Notes under the pieces: model-generated
Seen by the model: the letters and a program-made list of their open reading frames with translations, nothing else
The model's database searches: none
Told to the model about the DNA's origin: nothing
Assembly (NCBI GenBank): GCA_964626065.1
Contig: CAZVDE010000004.1
Location: 110 to 64,109, forward strand
Source of the DNA: an uncultured Clostridiaceae bacterium
Lineage (GTDB): Bacteria; Bacillota; Limnochordia; Darwinibacteriales; Darwinibacteriaceae
Direction: 5' to 3'
Length of the DNA stretch: 64,000 nucleotides
Translations under genes and position numbers: made by a program
Shown here: in pieces, positions 30,577 through 39,708 of the stretch
How the letters are laid out: each line of letters begins with the position of its first letter
Numbering within the stretch: the stretch's first letter is position 1

Positions 30577-30661
30577 CTGTTTTTTCGACCTCCTCCTGTG
30601 CCTTGGTTTTTCATTCTAGTTGTAGCTGCAACATTCCTGCCGCATGACACACTACCTGCAA

Positions 30662-30690
30662 CAAAAAAGGCCGCCTCGCGGCAGCCTTCC
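30662..30690 (-). terminator. terminator after the general-stress-protein gene
   Basis: AAGGCTGCCGCGAGGCGGCCTTTTTT on the minus strand. Confidence 0.55.
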
Positions 30691-30700
30691 CCATCTTCAG

Positions 30701-31213
30701 CTAATTAGATTTCTTTCCGCCTCCATGGGCCTCCACATCTTTGGCGCCGTTCTGCCTTAGAATCGAACTGGCATCATTGACCTTGTCCTCGCTAGTCTCA
30801 ATGACCGCCAGTACTCCCCCCTGTTTTAAGTCTTCCTCATACTGGCGCCCACGTTCCTCGGGGATACCCAAATCAATAAGCCCCCCCGCTACTCCACCCG
30901 TTACCGCACCCGACAAGACGCCCGCCAGCGGCCCCGCAGCGATAATCGGACCAATACCCGGAATGGCTAAAGCCCCCACACCGGCCAACAAACCGGCAAC
31001 CCCGCCTAGAGCCCCGCCCCATGCGGTACCATCACCTATGGAATCGGTAACGAATTCATCACTCGTTTCCATATCCTGAGTGGAAGAGCGACCCTTCTGA
31101 TCGTCCTTAGCTATAATCGATATTTCATTATCTCCAAACCCTTTATTTCTCAGAGCCTTTACTGCGTTTTCCGCGGCGCTTACATCGCGAAAAACACCGA
31201 TAACAGTTGACAA
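30701..31213 (-). CDS. general stress protein 17M-like (glycine-zipper membrane protein)
   Basis: An N-terminal regulatory-like domain, a Gly-zipper TM segment (GGALGGVAGLLAGVGALAIPGIGPIIAAG), and a C-terminal stress-protein domain. Confidence 0.7.
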   Translation of the reverse strand: MSTVIGVFRDVSAAENAVKALRNKGFGDNEISIIAKDDQKGRSSTQDMETSDEFVTDSIGDGTAWGGALGGVAGLLAGVGALAIPGIGPIIAAGPLAGVLSGAVTGGVAGGLIDLGIPEERGRQYEEDLKQGGVLAVIETSEDKVNDASSILRQNGAKDVEAHGGGKKSN

Positions 31214-31246
31214 TGGAATTCCCCCTTTATTTTTCTTGGGTTTAGC

Positions 31247-31555
31247 TTACCCAAAAAAAGGGGGCTTATTCCGACGGCCTCTGTCTTCTACTTTGCGCAT
31301 TATTTCGTTGAAATCTTCAGCGGTAGTTAGATCAACAATAATCAAATCCCTACCGATCTTTTTAATGCCCCGCCACGGAATGACAATCAAGCGGGGCCGA
31401 AACCAGCGGTTCCCGTAGGGAATAATAATGGATTCAACGGTGCCCGTGCGCAGGTTAATGATCAAATCGGTATGATCCACAACCCCCAGCCTGATTCCTT
31501 CATCAATACAGATGATTTCTTTGCCGGATAGCTCGGAATACCGCATCACGCTCAC
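31247..31555 (-). CDS. ymxH: YlmC/YmxH-family PRC-barrel sporulation protein
   Basis: 102 aa beginning MRYSELSGKEIICIDEGIRLGVV...IIPWRGIKKIGRDLIIVD. The position upstream of dpaA matches B. subtilis ymxH. Confidence 0.8.
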   Translation of the reverse strand: MSVMRYSELSGKEIICIDEGIRLGVVDHTDLIINLRTGTVESIIIPYGNRWFRPRLIVIPWRGIKKIGRDLIIVDLTTAEDFNEIMRKVEDRGRRNKPPFFG

Positions 31556-31586
31556 CTCAGCTTAGCCTATGAAAGCGATATGCTTT

Positions 31587-32813
31587 CTAGAACTTACACT
31601 GCCATGATATGCCCAACGCCGGCGAGGTGCTAAAACCGGCCCCCATATTTCCCCGATCATACTCGCCCAATTCGAGCTGAACATGGCCTCGCGCAGCATT
31701 TCGCCGCAGCATTAGGGAATAATACAGTCGTTTCTTCAGCCAGTCATACTTGGCAATGATCCGCCCCTGCAGCCCCCGTTCAAATTTGATCTCCAGGCGG
31801 CCGATTCCATTCGGGCCGTCAAAACGAAGACCGTACGCGATCATCCCTCGCTGCCCGTCATAACGGGCAGTGCCGTTGAGAACATCAAGTTGAATCGAAC
31901 AAGCCTCCGCGACGCGGCGCAAGATCAAAGCCCGAGTGGGCTGCAGGCGTAGTTCCACGGACGCATCCTCACCTAAAGAAACACACTTCAGCGAAAACTG
32001 ATCGTAGGTCCTAGTTTGGGCCAGATTGCTGTGGCGGCGCAAATTGAAGGACAGCCTAACCCCGCCGAAATCAGTGCCCGCCTCCACTCTCCAACCCCGG
32101 CGATCGGGCGTATACTTGTTACTTTTCGCAGCTAAACTTACGAAACCGGCTTCCACCCGCTGCCAGAAAAAGTTAAGAAAAGACCTGCCGGCGCCTACCC
32201 CGATCTCGGCGATAGATGCCCGGGACAAATCCTGCCGCTGCTGCCAGCCTTGGCCCAGCACAGCCCGGAAAGTGCCCAAGTCAAGCAGGGCCTCCAGGGA
32301 GGCGGAACGGCCCACCACCGGGCCCCGGTGATGCAGCTGCATGCCCCGCAGTACGAGCGGCCCCGCCCGAACGTAGTTTTCACAAAACCATAAGTCGGCT
32401 AATTCACCCGTTCTAAGAGGAACACTGCCCAACATTCCCAGCCGCACCTGATCAGCAGCGAGGATCAGCGCAGTTGTAGCCGGGCCCAAATTGTCTTTGT
32501 GCAGAACACGAAACAAATCTTGTGAAGTATGGTGCGCTTTATTCTTTGTCCAATACAGGCTCAACCCGTTTTCGTCCGAAACACGCACCTGCCAATGGGG
32601 CTTAAAACTGACCCCGCCTGCTTCGAACAAAAAAGAACCGCCCCCCTGTGCGTCTAAATGCGCACCCTTATGGGCGGCGGCAAAAACAAGTTCCCGTTCT
32701 ATGGCATGACGGTCCAGCCGGCCTTGATAGGAACCACTTATCTCAACGGCCTCTGCCACAAAATTCAGGCCCAAACTGAAAAGAAGGATGAAAAAAACTC
32801 CGCGCATGTACAA
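31587..32813 (-). CDS. secreted beta-rich protein of unknown function
   Basis: 408 aa with a signal peptide (FFILLFSLGLNFVAEA). It is Arg/Trp-rich, with many alternating hydrophobic/polar stretches, and has a C-terminal ...ISWQCKF. No recognisable family. Confidence 0.6.
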   Translation of the reverse strand: MYMRGVFFILLFSLGLNFVAEAVEISGSYQGRLDRHAIERELVFAAAHKGAHLDAQGGGSFLFEAGGVSFKPHWQVRVSDENGLSLYWTKNKAHHTSQDLFRVLHKDNLGPATTALILAADQVRLGMLGSVPLRTGELADLWFCENYVRAGPLVLRGMQLHHRGPVVGRSASLEALLDLGTFRAVLGQGWQQRQDLSRASIAEIGVGAGRSFLNFFWQRVEAGFVSLAAKSNKYTPDRRGWRVEAGTDFGGVRLSFNLRRHSNLAQTRTYDQFSLKCVSLGEDASVELRLQPTRALILRRVAEACSIQLDVLNGTARYDGQRGMIAYGLRFDGPNGIGRLEIKFERGLQGRIIAKYDWLKKRLYYSLMLRRNAARGHVQLELGEYDRGNMGAGFSTSPALGISWQCKF

Positions 32814-32876
32814 AAGAACATTCTCCTTTTGGACATCTCCCTGGGCGCGGAGCTAATTTGATTATAGCATATTTAT

Positions 32877-33242
32877 CTATTTCTTCCAAGCATAGCCTTC
32901 CCGCTCGGTCCGGCCCTGCTGACGGGCAAAGTTTTCCCCGTTCTTTGCCACATAAGCCCGGTACAACTCCTCAGGGCCGATACCGGCCTTGAGACACATG
33001 CTGACGAAAAAATGGAGTACATCAACAATTTCCTCTTTCAGCCGTTCCGAATCAATTTCTTTAGGATCCTTCCACCACTTAAAATTGACCTCATCGAGAA
33101 CTTCCGCCAGTTCGGAAATGAGTGCCAAAATTTCCTTCTGAATCCACACCTCTCGCGGAAACTCCAAACCCCTGTGTTCCACAACGGCCTGATCAAATTT
33201 CTCCTGCAGACGGAAAATCTCCTTCAGCATATCTTTTGACAT
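32877..33242 (-). CDS. MazG-like / dimeric dUTPase-like NTP pyrophosphohydrolase
   Basis: 121 aa all-alpha protein. EVWIQKEILALISELAEVLDEVNFKWWK resembles the MazG/dUTPase_2 core. Confidence 0.55.
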   Translation of the reverse strand: MSKDMLKEIFRLQEKFDQAVVEHRGLEFPREVWIQKEILALISELAEVLDEVNFKWWKDPKEIDSERLKEEIVDVLHFFVSMCLKAGIGPEELYRAYVAKNGENFARQQGRTEREGYAWKK

Positions 33243-34486
33243 CTAATGCCCTCCTTCAGCGACAATCCCGGCCCAAGCGCGATGGAACTGGAGGCTTGGG
33301 AGACAAATAGTTCTTCCGCGAGCAGAAGCAACTCGTGGTACTGCACAGCGGCGATCTTTTCTAAAAACTGCTCCACTCCAAAGGAAACGGAATTATCCAA
33401 TTCTGCCTTGGCCTGCCTAAACATGCGCGCTTCCGTGCTCTCTAAAGCCAGAAGGGCTGACCCTCGTAACTGGGCTTGGGCCCTGATAAACATGTCCCGC
33501 CTGATTTTTCCGGGAAGGTTCGCCAGCAAATCCAAGAGCACATCCCATACCTGATTCCATTGATCGGGGCTGAATCCTGCATAAATGCCGTAATAACCCG
33601 CGTCACTATAGAGAGAAGAAAAGGAATAGGTGTTATATACTAGGCCGCGCTTTTCGCGCAGTTCTTGAAAAAGCAAAGAACTTGCGGCACCACCCAAAAT
33701 AATATCGAGCAAATAAAGGGCGAAACGTCTCTCGTCTGTACGCGCAAATGCGGGGCCGCCCAAACAGAGGTGGATCTGCTCCGTATCTTTATCGTAAAAC
33801 AACTGCCCGGGAAGGCCCAAAACGGGGGCGTCCAGCCGGGGTGCATCCTTCCGGGGCAAAGAGGCAAAGGCTGAGGCGAACTCATCCACAACTTGCCCAT
33901 GGGAGATATTGCCCACCGCGGCGATCACTAGGCGTTTGGCTGTGTAATGATCCGCCATGAATGCCTCCGCATCTGCCTGCGTGAAGCCCCGCACCGTTTC
34001 GGCAGTGCCCAAAACACTGTTGCCCAGCGGGCTGGCGGGCCAAAGTTTTCCGGGCAGCAGATCTTGCACCTGATCTTCCGGGTCATCTTCATACATTTTT
34101 AATTCCTCTAAAACGACTTTGCGTTCTTTAACAATCTCCCGCGGTTTAAACAAAGGGTGCAGCAGCATCTCCCGCAGCACATCGCTCGCCGCGGGCCAAT
34201 GCTCGTCCAAAACTTTAAAATAAAAACACGTTCGTTCCCGGCCCGTAAAGGCATTAAAATAACTGCCCGATTGATCCATAATCTCCGCAATTTGCTGCGC
34301 AGAGTATTTTTCTGTGCTTTGAAACAGCATATGCTCAATAAAGTGGGCGAGGCCGCGCTGTTCAGGCCTTTCGTAGCGGCTGCCCACCGTAAACCATGCC
34401 CCCAAGGTAACTGAACGCACATGGGGTAAATATTCGCTAATAATTCTCACGCCGTTTGGCAGAACTGTCCTTTCGTACATAAGCAA
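33224..34486 (-). CDS. ymxG: M16-family zinc peptidase (YmxG/MlpA-like)
   Basis: Inverted zincin motif HFIEHMLF...E. 420 aa. Confidence 0.9.
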   Translation of the reverse strand: MLMYERTVLPNGVRIISEYLPHVRSVTLGAWFTVGSRYERPEQRGLAHFIEHMLFQSTEKYSAQQIAEIMDQSGSYFNAFTGRERTCFYFKVLDEHWPAASDVLREMLLHPLFKPREIVKERKVVLEELKMYEDDPEDQVQDLLPGKLWPASPLGNSVLGTAETVRGFTQADAEAFMADHYTAKRLVIAAVGNISHGQVVDEFASAFASLPRKDAPRLDAPVLGLPGQLFYDKDTEQIHLCLGGPAFARTDERRFALYLLDIILGGAASSLLFQELREKRGLVYNTYSFSSLYSDAGYYGIYAGFSPDQWNQVWDVLLDLLANLPGKIRRDMFIRAQAQLRGSALLALESTEARMFRQAKAELDNSVSFGVEQFLEKIAAVQYHELLLLAEELFVSQASSSIALGPGLSLKEGIRCQKIC

Positions 34487-34595
34487 CCTCCGGCACGGGC
34501 TTGCAAAGCTATCCAGCCCATGCTTTACTTACCACTGAATTTACTCAATAAGTATGATACCATGAAATCACTATCTATGGGAAGGGGCGAATTAT

Positions 34596-35807
34596 GTGGG
34601 TAAAGCTGTAATTGTGGCCTTTTTATCTATCCTGTTTTATTTAACAAATCTGCTTGGCGGCGGACAACAACAGCTGCCGCCCGTTAATGAGCCCGCGGTG
34701 CAGCACAGCTATGGTGTCCTGGGCCAACAGGCGATCGTTCTTCCTGAACGCGCCGTTTTACGGCACGCGCCCGACAGCCAAGGGGAAATTGTGGGAACGA
34801 TCATGCAAAACGAGGCTGTGCTGATCCTAGATGAGCGCGCCGGCTGGTATAAGATCAAGCCCGAATCGCAAACAGAAGGGTGGATCCCCAAATACGCGGT
34901 GGGCTTGACACAGGTTGAAAAATCAACTTCAGAGAAAATAATCTTAGGCTACTATTCGGGGGAACAACAGGCTTATGAAAGTCTGCTGGCGCAAAGCACA
35001 CAGCTGACCGGGATTGCCCCGCTAAGATGGCGGCTTACCCAAGACGGTACAGTGCTGAACGAATTCGAACCGGAAAAAATCGGCCGTGGCCTTTATTTTG
35101 CGGGCAATCAAAAGTTGGGCACCTATGCCTATCTAGGGCTGCCCCCTGATCCGGAGGCTTTTCTCGATCAAGATGTACTATGGGCGGATAGTTTTGCCGC
35201 TATTGAAAATGCAATCACGGAATGGGGTTTGAAGGGCGTTTTACTCGATTCAGGCGCCATAACACAGACAAGGTTATTTGACTTCGCTTCCGGCTTAAGG
35301 ACCCATCTGAGAGAACAGGGCCTGCTCACACTGCTCGCCCTAGAGTGGGAGCAAGAATTGGATTGGGCAGCGGCGGCAGAGGGGGCAGATCTAATCATCG
35401 TCAACACCGCGGATTTGACTGCCGCTGCCGCCGGGCCTCTGGCATCCACCGCTGATGTAAGGGAGATGCTGTCTTCGATTGTGCAGAAGACTGCGCCCGA
35501 AAAAATCATTCTTGGTTTGGCTAACGTTGGCTTGGATTGGCCCGAAACGGGGCAGCCTACCGTACTTTCCCACGGGGAGGTATTAGAACTGGCCGCCCGA
35601 CGAGGCGCGGACATTAAATGGGATAACGCCAGCCAGACACCTTATTTTCGCTATGGAGCGGGACATGAAGTTTGGTTTGAAAATCGCTACAGTATCAAAC
35701 ACAAGTTAGAACTGGCGGCGGAATTCCGTTTGGCGGGCGTTGCTTTCATGCAATTCGGGTTGGAAGATCCTGATGTATGGAATGTGCTGGCCGAAACTTA
35801 TAATTAA
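34596..35807 (+). CDS. SH3b domain plus GH18-like (probably catalytically degenerate) spore-wall protein
   Basis: GTG start behind a GGAAGGGG RBS. Signal/TM at the N-terminus, then SH3b (GWYKIKPESQTEGWIPKYAV), then a GH18-like barrel (IILGYYSG...). The expected DxxDxDxE motif reads KGVLLDSG. Confidence 0.7.
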   Translation: MGKAVIVAFLSILFYLTNLLGGGQQQLPPVNEPAVQHSYGVLGQQAIVLPERAVLRHAPDSQGEIVGTIMQNEAVLILDERAGWYKIKPESQTEGWIPKYAVGLTQVEKSTSEKIILGYYSGEQQAYESLLAQSTQLTGIAPLRWRLTQDGTVLNEFEPEKIGRGLYFAGNQKLGTYAYLGLPPDPEAFLDQDVLWADSFAAIENAITEWGLKGVLLDSGAITQTRLFDFASGLRTHLREQGLLTLLALEWEQELDWAAAAEGADLIIVNTADLTAAAAGPLASTADVREMLSSIVQKTAPEKIILGLANVGLDWPETGQPTVLSHGEVLELAARRGADIKWDNASQTPYFRYGAGHEVWFENRYSIKHKLELAAEFRLAGVAFMQFGLEDPDVWNVLAETYN

Positions 35808-36772
35808 TCCGCTAAAAGTTCGCTTACCGTAACGCAGACAAAACCACGGTTAGAGAGGTGATCGAGTATTACCGGCAGGGCCTCCAATGTTGGTTTGGTG
35901 GGATGCATGAGTACTAAGGAGCCATTATTAATCTTGCCAATCACCCTATCAATGATCACAGTAGGAGCGGGACGCTGCCAATCTACCGTGTCAACCGTCC
36001 ACAGGACCGTTTTATAACCTAATTCGGCCGCCACGGCAATCGTCTGCTTATTGAAATCGCCCGCGGGTGGTGCAAAAATTTGTGGTTTCTGCCCGGTGGC
36101 CATTAAAATGGCGTCTTCCCCTTCCTGAATAAGGCGGGCAACTTCGCCGCGGCTCATCTGGCTGGCCATGCCATGCCAGCCGCCGTGATTGCCCATTTCG
36201 TGACCGGCCGCGGCGATCGATTTAGCTAGTTCAGGCGTTTGCGCGGCCCACCTTCCGGTGGGGAACCAAGTCGCTAAGACACCGAAATCAGCGAAAACAT
36301 CCAGCATGGGCCGGATAAACTCGTTACCCCAATCCACGTTGACCATCAGGGCAACTTTGGGCTCACTGGTGGGCCCCCGGTAATAGGGTTGAAAATGGGC
36401 GCTGGTAATAGAGGGTAGGACTTCAAGGGTGATCAACCCCAGCTCTGTTTTCGCCTCCGCACCAAGTAGGGCTTTCACGGTAGACTGCACATCCACAACT
36501 AGGCCTACCACCTCGGAGCGCACTGTACCGCTCTGCCAATCCCAACTGGCGTTGCTCGCCTCCACCTGATATGCCTCGGCTAACCCCGCAACCACATCGT
36601 AAAGTTCTTGTTCCAAAAGCCCGCCAACGGCATGGCCTTCTAACGTTACCCCTGTCTTTACCCCCCGCAGCTGTCGGTGGCAGCGCAAAAAAAGACCGGG
36701 GCCGAAAAACGCTAAAACGATGGCTAAGGCAATAAGCGCCCCGAGCAGCAGCCCGCGCTTAGTTATAATCAC
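35804..36772 (-). CDS. polysaccharide deacetylase (NodB domain, YlxY-like), membrane anchored
   Basis: N-terminal TM, then a NodB homology domain. ...HGGWHGM... and ...DTVDWQRP resemble the NodB His motifs. Confidence 0.85.
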   Translation of the reverse strand: MIITKRGLLLGALIALAIVLAFFGPGLFLRCHRQLRGVKTGVTLEGHAVGGLLEQELYDVVAGLAEAYQVEASNASWDWQSGTVRSEVVGLVVDVQSTVKALLGAEAKTELGLITLEVLPSITSAHFQPYYRGPTSEPKVALMVNVDWGNEFIRPMLDVFADFGVLATWFPTGRWAAQTPELAKSIAAAGHEMGNHGGWHGMASQMSRGEVARLIQEGEDAILMATGQKPQIFAPPAGDFNKQTIAVAAELGYKTVLWTVDTVDWQRPAPTVIIDRVIGKINNGSLVLMHPTKPTLEALPVILDHLSNRGFVCVTVSELLAD

Positions 36773-36774
36773 GC

Positions 36775-37545
36775 CTAACGACCCCCTTTGCCCCGATGCT
36801 GCACACCGGCGTGATCAATATAATAATCATCTTTGAAGATCAGCTCCGAAACCGGAAGTATGCTGTAGCCGGCCTGTTTTAGATCGGGAATGATACGCCT
36901 GATCGCGCCGGGCGTACCCGGGCCGGCATTATGGAATAAAACGATGGAACCCGGTTTAATCTCGCGCATCACCCGGTCGTAAATCTGGCCGCTGCTTAGA
37001 TTCTTCCAATCCAAGGAGTCCACAGACCACTGCACAGGATAATAACCGAGGGCGGTTGCGGTAGAAAGAACGCGGTTATTGTATTCTCCGAAGGGGGGGC
37101 GAAAAACTATTGTCCGTTTACCGGTTAAATCCCGAATCATCTCATCAAGTTTTCCCAATTCATAACCGATTCCTTTTTCATCCAAGCTGTTCATGTGGGG
37201 ATGGGAATAACTATGATTGCCTATTTCATGTCCCGCGGCCGCGATTTTCACTACATATTCGGGATATTTATCGACCCATTGGCCCGCCAAAAAGAAAGTG
37301 GTTTTGATTCCGTGGGTGGCTAGAATCTCCAAAATCTCATCGGTCAACTCCGTACCCCATGTGGCATCGAAGGAAATGGCCACCTGTTTTTGATCCGTCC
37401 GCACCTCATAAATGGGAACAAGCCTTGCTCGAGACGTGACCGCAACGATCAAGGGGGTCCGAACTTGAGGCAGCAGGCTGAGAAAGGCAATAATCAATAG
37501 GACGGTAACGCACCACCATTTCACCTTAAAGACGAATACACGCAT
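36775..37545 (-). CDS. polysaccharide deacetylase (NodB domain)
   Basis: ISFDATWG, HEIGNHSYSHPHM and DSLDW are the NodB motifs. Confidence 0.85.
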   Translation of the reverse strand: MRVFVFKVKWWCVTVLLIIAFLSLLPQVRTPLIVAVTSRARLVPIYEVRTDQKQVAISFDATWGTELTDEILEILATHGIKTTFFLAGQWVDKYPEYVVKIAAAGHEIGNHSYSHPHMNSLDEKGIGYELGKLDEMIRDLTGKRTIVFRPPFGEYNNRVLSTATALGYYPVQWSVDSLDWKNLSSGQIYDRVMREIKPGSIVLFHNAGPGTPGAIRRIIPDLKQAGYSILPVSELIFKDDYYIDHAGVQHRGKGGR

Positions 37546-37574
37546 CTTATCACCCCTCGTGTATTCATATTCAC

Positions 37575-38204
37575 TTAGAGGGCGAAGTTATGATTACCAA
37601 TCCTTTTTATAACCGGCTTTGTTGCCCAATAATCCATCGCTTGGGAAGTGGAGGGATTATAAAAATAAAGAGCACCGCCGGTGGGGTCTTCGCCTAATAA
37701 AGCGCGCACTACCGCCTCTTCGCAGCTTCCCGAGGCGGTCTTGGGCAAGAGGCCCAATTCCATCGGGGTAAACTGACCCGGCTCGTGGATGACATCCCAT
37801 ACGGTATCGGGAAAAGTGCGGCTGCGCACCCGATTTAAGACCACCGCGGCCACCGCGATTTGGCCCTCGGGCGGTTCACCCCGCGCCTCCGCATAGACCA
37901 GCCTGGCAAGTAGTTCTTTCTCCTTAGCCGTCACCTCATAAACGGTGCCGTCCCAGCGTATGATGTTCGGTGTGATGTGGGAGGGCAGCCGCAGCACGGT
38001 GCCAATCTGCAGACTGCCGGGATCTTTGATTTTGTTCAGATTCGCAAGTTCCTGCCAGGAAATATCATACAGAAGGGAAATATCATAAAGCGTATCCCCC
38101 GGCCGCACAACGTGGGTTGGGTGGGGATCGGCGTGGGCCAATGAAAAAAACAAGAGCAAAAACCCCAGTATGACAAAAATATTACGCATATTCCTCTCCC
38201 CCAT
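37575..38204 (-). CDS. LysM-domain cell-wall hydrolase, SleB family
   Basis: Signal peptide, then LysM (HVVRPGDTLYDISLLYDISWQELANLNKI), then the SleB/Hydrolase_2 domain (VVLNRVRSRTFPDTVWDVIHEPGQFTP). Confidence 0.8.
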   Translation of the reverse strand: MGERNMRNIFVILGFLLLFFSLAHADPHPTHVVRPGDTLYDISLLYDISWQELANLNKIKDPGSLQIGTVLRLPSHITPNIIRWDGTVYEVTAKEKELLARLVYAEARGEPPEGQIAVAAVVLNRVRSRTFPDTVWDVIHEPGQFTPMELGLLPKTASGSCEEAVVRALLGEDPTGGALYFYNPSTSQAMDYWATKPVIKRIGNHNFAL

Positions 38205-38251
38205 GTTTTTCGGAAATCACTCTATTTTTCCACGTCAAGGGTGATTTTCCT

Positions 38252-39016
38252 TCAACGGCCCAAACGATCCAGAAAATTCAACACTTTATTCCCGGCTATT
38301 ACTTCGGAAAAGGACACTTTTTCGGCGCTGCAGTTTAAAGCGGCTAAGGCGGCCGCGGCGAGAAACTTAGCTAATGGGGGCAGGGCCACCGCGGCGGCAA
38401 GGCCCAGCATGGCACCGAGCGTATTAGATCCGGTGTCCCCTAACGCCGCCTTTTCCTTAAGATCCCAGGGCAGATACCCCAGTACCGCGCCCGTAAGCCA
38501 CAGCAGCGGAGTCGAAGCACCCGCGCCGCAAACTAACAGGATCAGGCTGAGAACCACAAAACCTTTGCCCGCCCGCCCGGGACGTAGGTCGAGCAGATTA
38601 AAAAAGTTGGCTCCCAAAGAGATCAACAACACGTCCACGGCAAACCCCCACCAGCCCGAGGCAATATGAAAGCTCGCCGCGCCGGCAACCAGTATGCCTC
38701 CCACCGCTTTCACAACCCCGGTCGATAGGCGTCCCGGCGTAAAGTGGCCCCGGAAACCTTTCACTCCGTCGCCCAGAAAATCATCAAGCAATCCCAAAAT
38801 CACGAACATGAGCATTACCGCCAGAAACAATGGCCCATACTGCTGCCCGGTCAGATCAAAAAGGAGTGCCAATGCGGTGGGAAAAACAAAAGCGAGGCCT
38901 AAGCCGGAAGCAACGGGCACACCGCGGTAATTTTTCTCTTCCCTGCCATGCCACAGGGGCAGCAGAATGGGGACAAAAAAATAAGCGGCCGCCATGAGCG
39001 CCAAGGGTATCAGCAC
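38252..39016 (-). CDS. glycosyltransferase family 4 (MraY/WecA-like) membrane protein, short form
   Basis: Polytopic membrane protein with GLLDDF and NFFNLLD motifs resembling the polyprenyl-phosphate sugar-1-phosphate transferase family. Confidence 0.6.
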   Translation of the reverse strand: MLIPLALMAAAYFFVPILLPLWHGREEKNYRGVPVASGLGLAFVFPTALALLFDLTGQQYGPLFLAVMLMFVILGLLDDFLGDGVKGFRGHFTPGRLSTGVVKAVGGILVAGAASFHIASGWWGFAVDVLLISLGANFFNLLDLRPGRAGKGFVVLSLILLVCGAGASTPLLWLTGAVLGYLPWDLKEKAALGDTGSNTLGAMLGLAAAVALPPLAKFLAAAALAALNCSAEKVSFSEVIAGNKVLNFLDRLGR

Positions 39017-39708
39017 CGCTTAATCCATCCTTTCTGCAGGCAGGCCCAAAAAGCCCGTAAAACGTGAACAAACTGCCTGCCGCGGTGGGCCATACCCGTC
39101 AAACCCCGTCCATAGGCCCTATGCGTCATGGGAAGGGGGATCTCCTGCAGGCGGAACCCATGGTGCAGAGCACCGACGGTCAAGCCGATTTCCACGCCAA
39201 AACCGGGCAAGAAACCACCCAGTTTGTCCAGCACCTCTTTTCTTATGGCCCTCTGCCCGGACAGGGGGCTTGAAGGTTTGACCCCGGTCAGAAGCCAAAC
39301 TGTAAAGGAGGCAAACCGGCGCACACAGCCAAAACCCATCGCTTTATCCCCGCTTCCCTGCCGCGGGCCAAAACGGGCAATGGTCATATCCGCCCTGTCT
39401 TCTAAAACGGGCGGCAGCAAGTTCGCGGCGTAGTGGGCGGTTTGGCCCAAATCACCATCGAGCAGAAGATAGACGTCCGCCTCCGTTTTTGACCATCCCG
39501 CGTTTAAAGCACTGCCCTTGCCCCTGTTTACCGGTAAATCGAGTAGCGTCACACCTTGTATCTCGCCAACATACTCAGCTGTCCTATCGCTGGAACCATC
39601 GTTAATGACCACAATTTCGTTCAGCTGTTGACAACTTAAGAGGGCGGCCACGGTTTCTCTAATTGCCCCTTCTTCATTGTAAGCGGGAATAAGAGCCGCC
39701 ACTTTCAC
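39010..39708 (-). CDS. glycosyltransferase family 2 (polyprenyl-phosphate glycosyltransferase-like)
   Basis: Begins MKVAALIPAYNEEGAI...VINDGSSDRT, with the DGD motif. Confidence 0.8.
   Translation of the reverse strand: MKVAALIPAYNEEGAIRETVAALLSCQQLNEIVVINDGSSDRTAEYVGEIQGVTLLDLPVNRGKGSALNAGWSKTEADVYLLLDGDLGQTAHYAANLLPPVLEDRADMTIARFGPRQGSGDKAMGFGCVRRFASFTVWLLTGVKPSSPLSGQRAIRKEVLDKLGGFLPGFGVEIGLTVGALHHGFRLQEIPLPMTHRAYGRGLTGMAHRGRQFVHVLRAFWACLQKGWIKRC

Noticed and set aside
30577-30700. Possible lysine (L-box) riboswitch upstream of the dapB-dpa-asd-dapG-dapA operon
   Set aside because: The intergenic space is only about 120 nt and is largely occupied by the upstream gene's terminator. No L-box conserved helices are recognisable.
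30741-31079. 112-aa Pro/Ala-rich ORF
   Set aside because: Antisense of the glycine-zipper stress protein gene (GGN codons read as Pro/Ala on the other strand).
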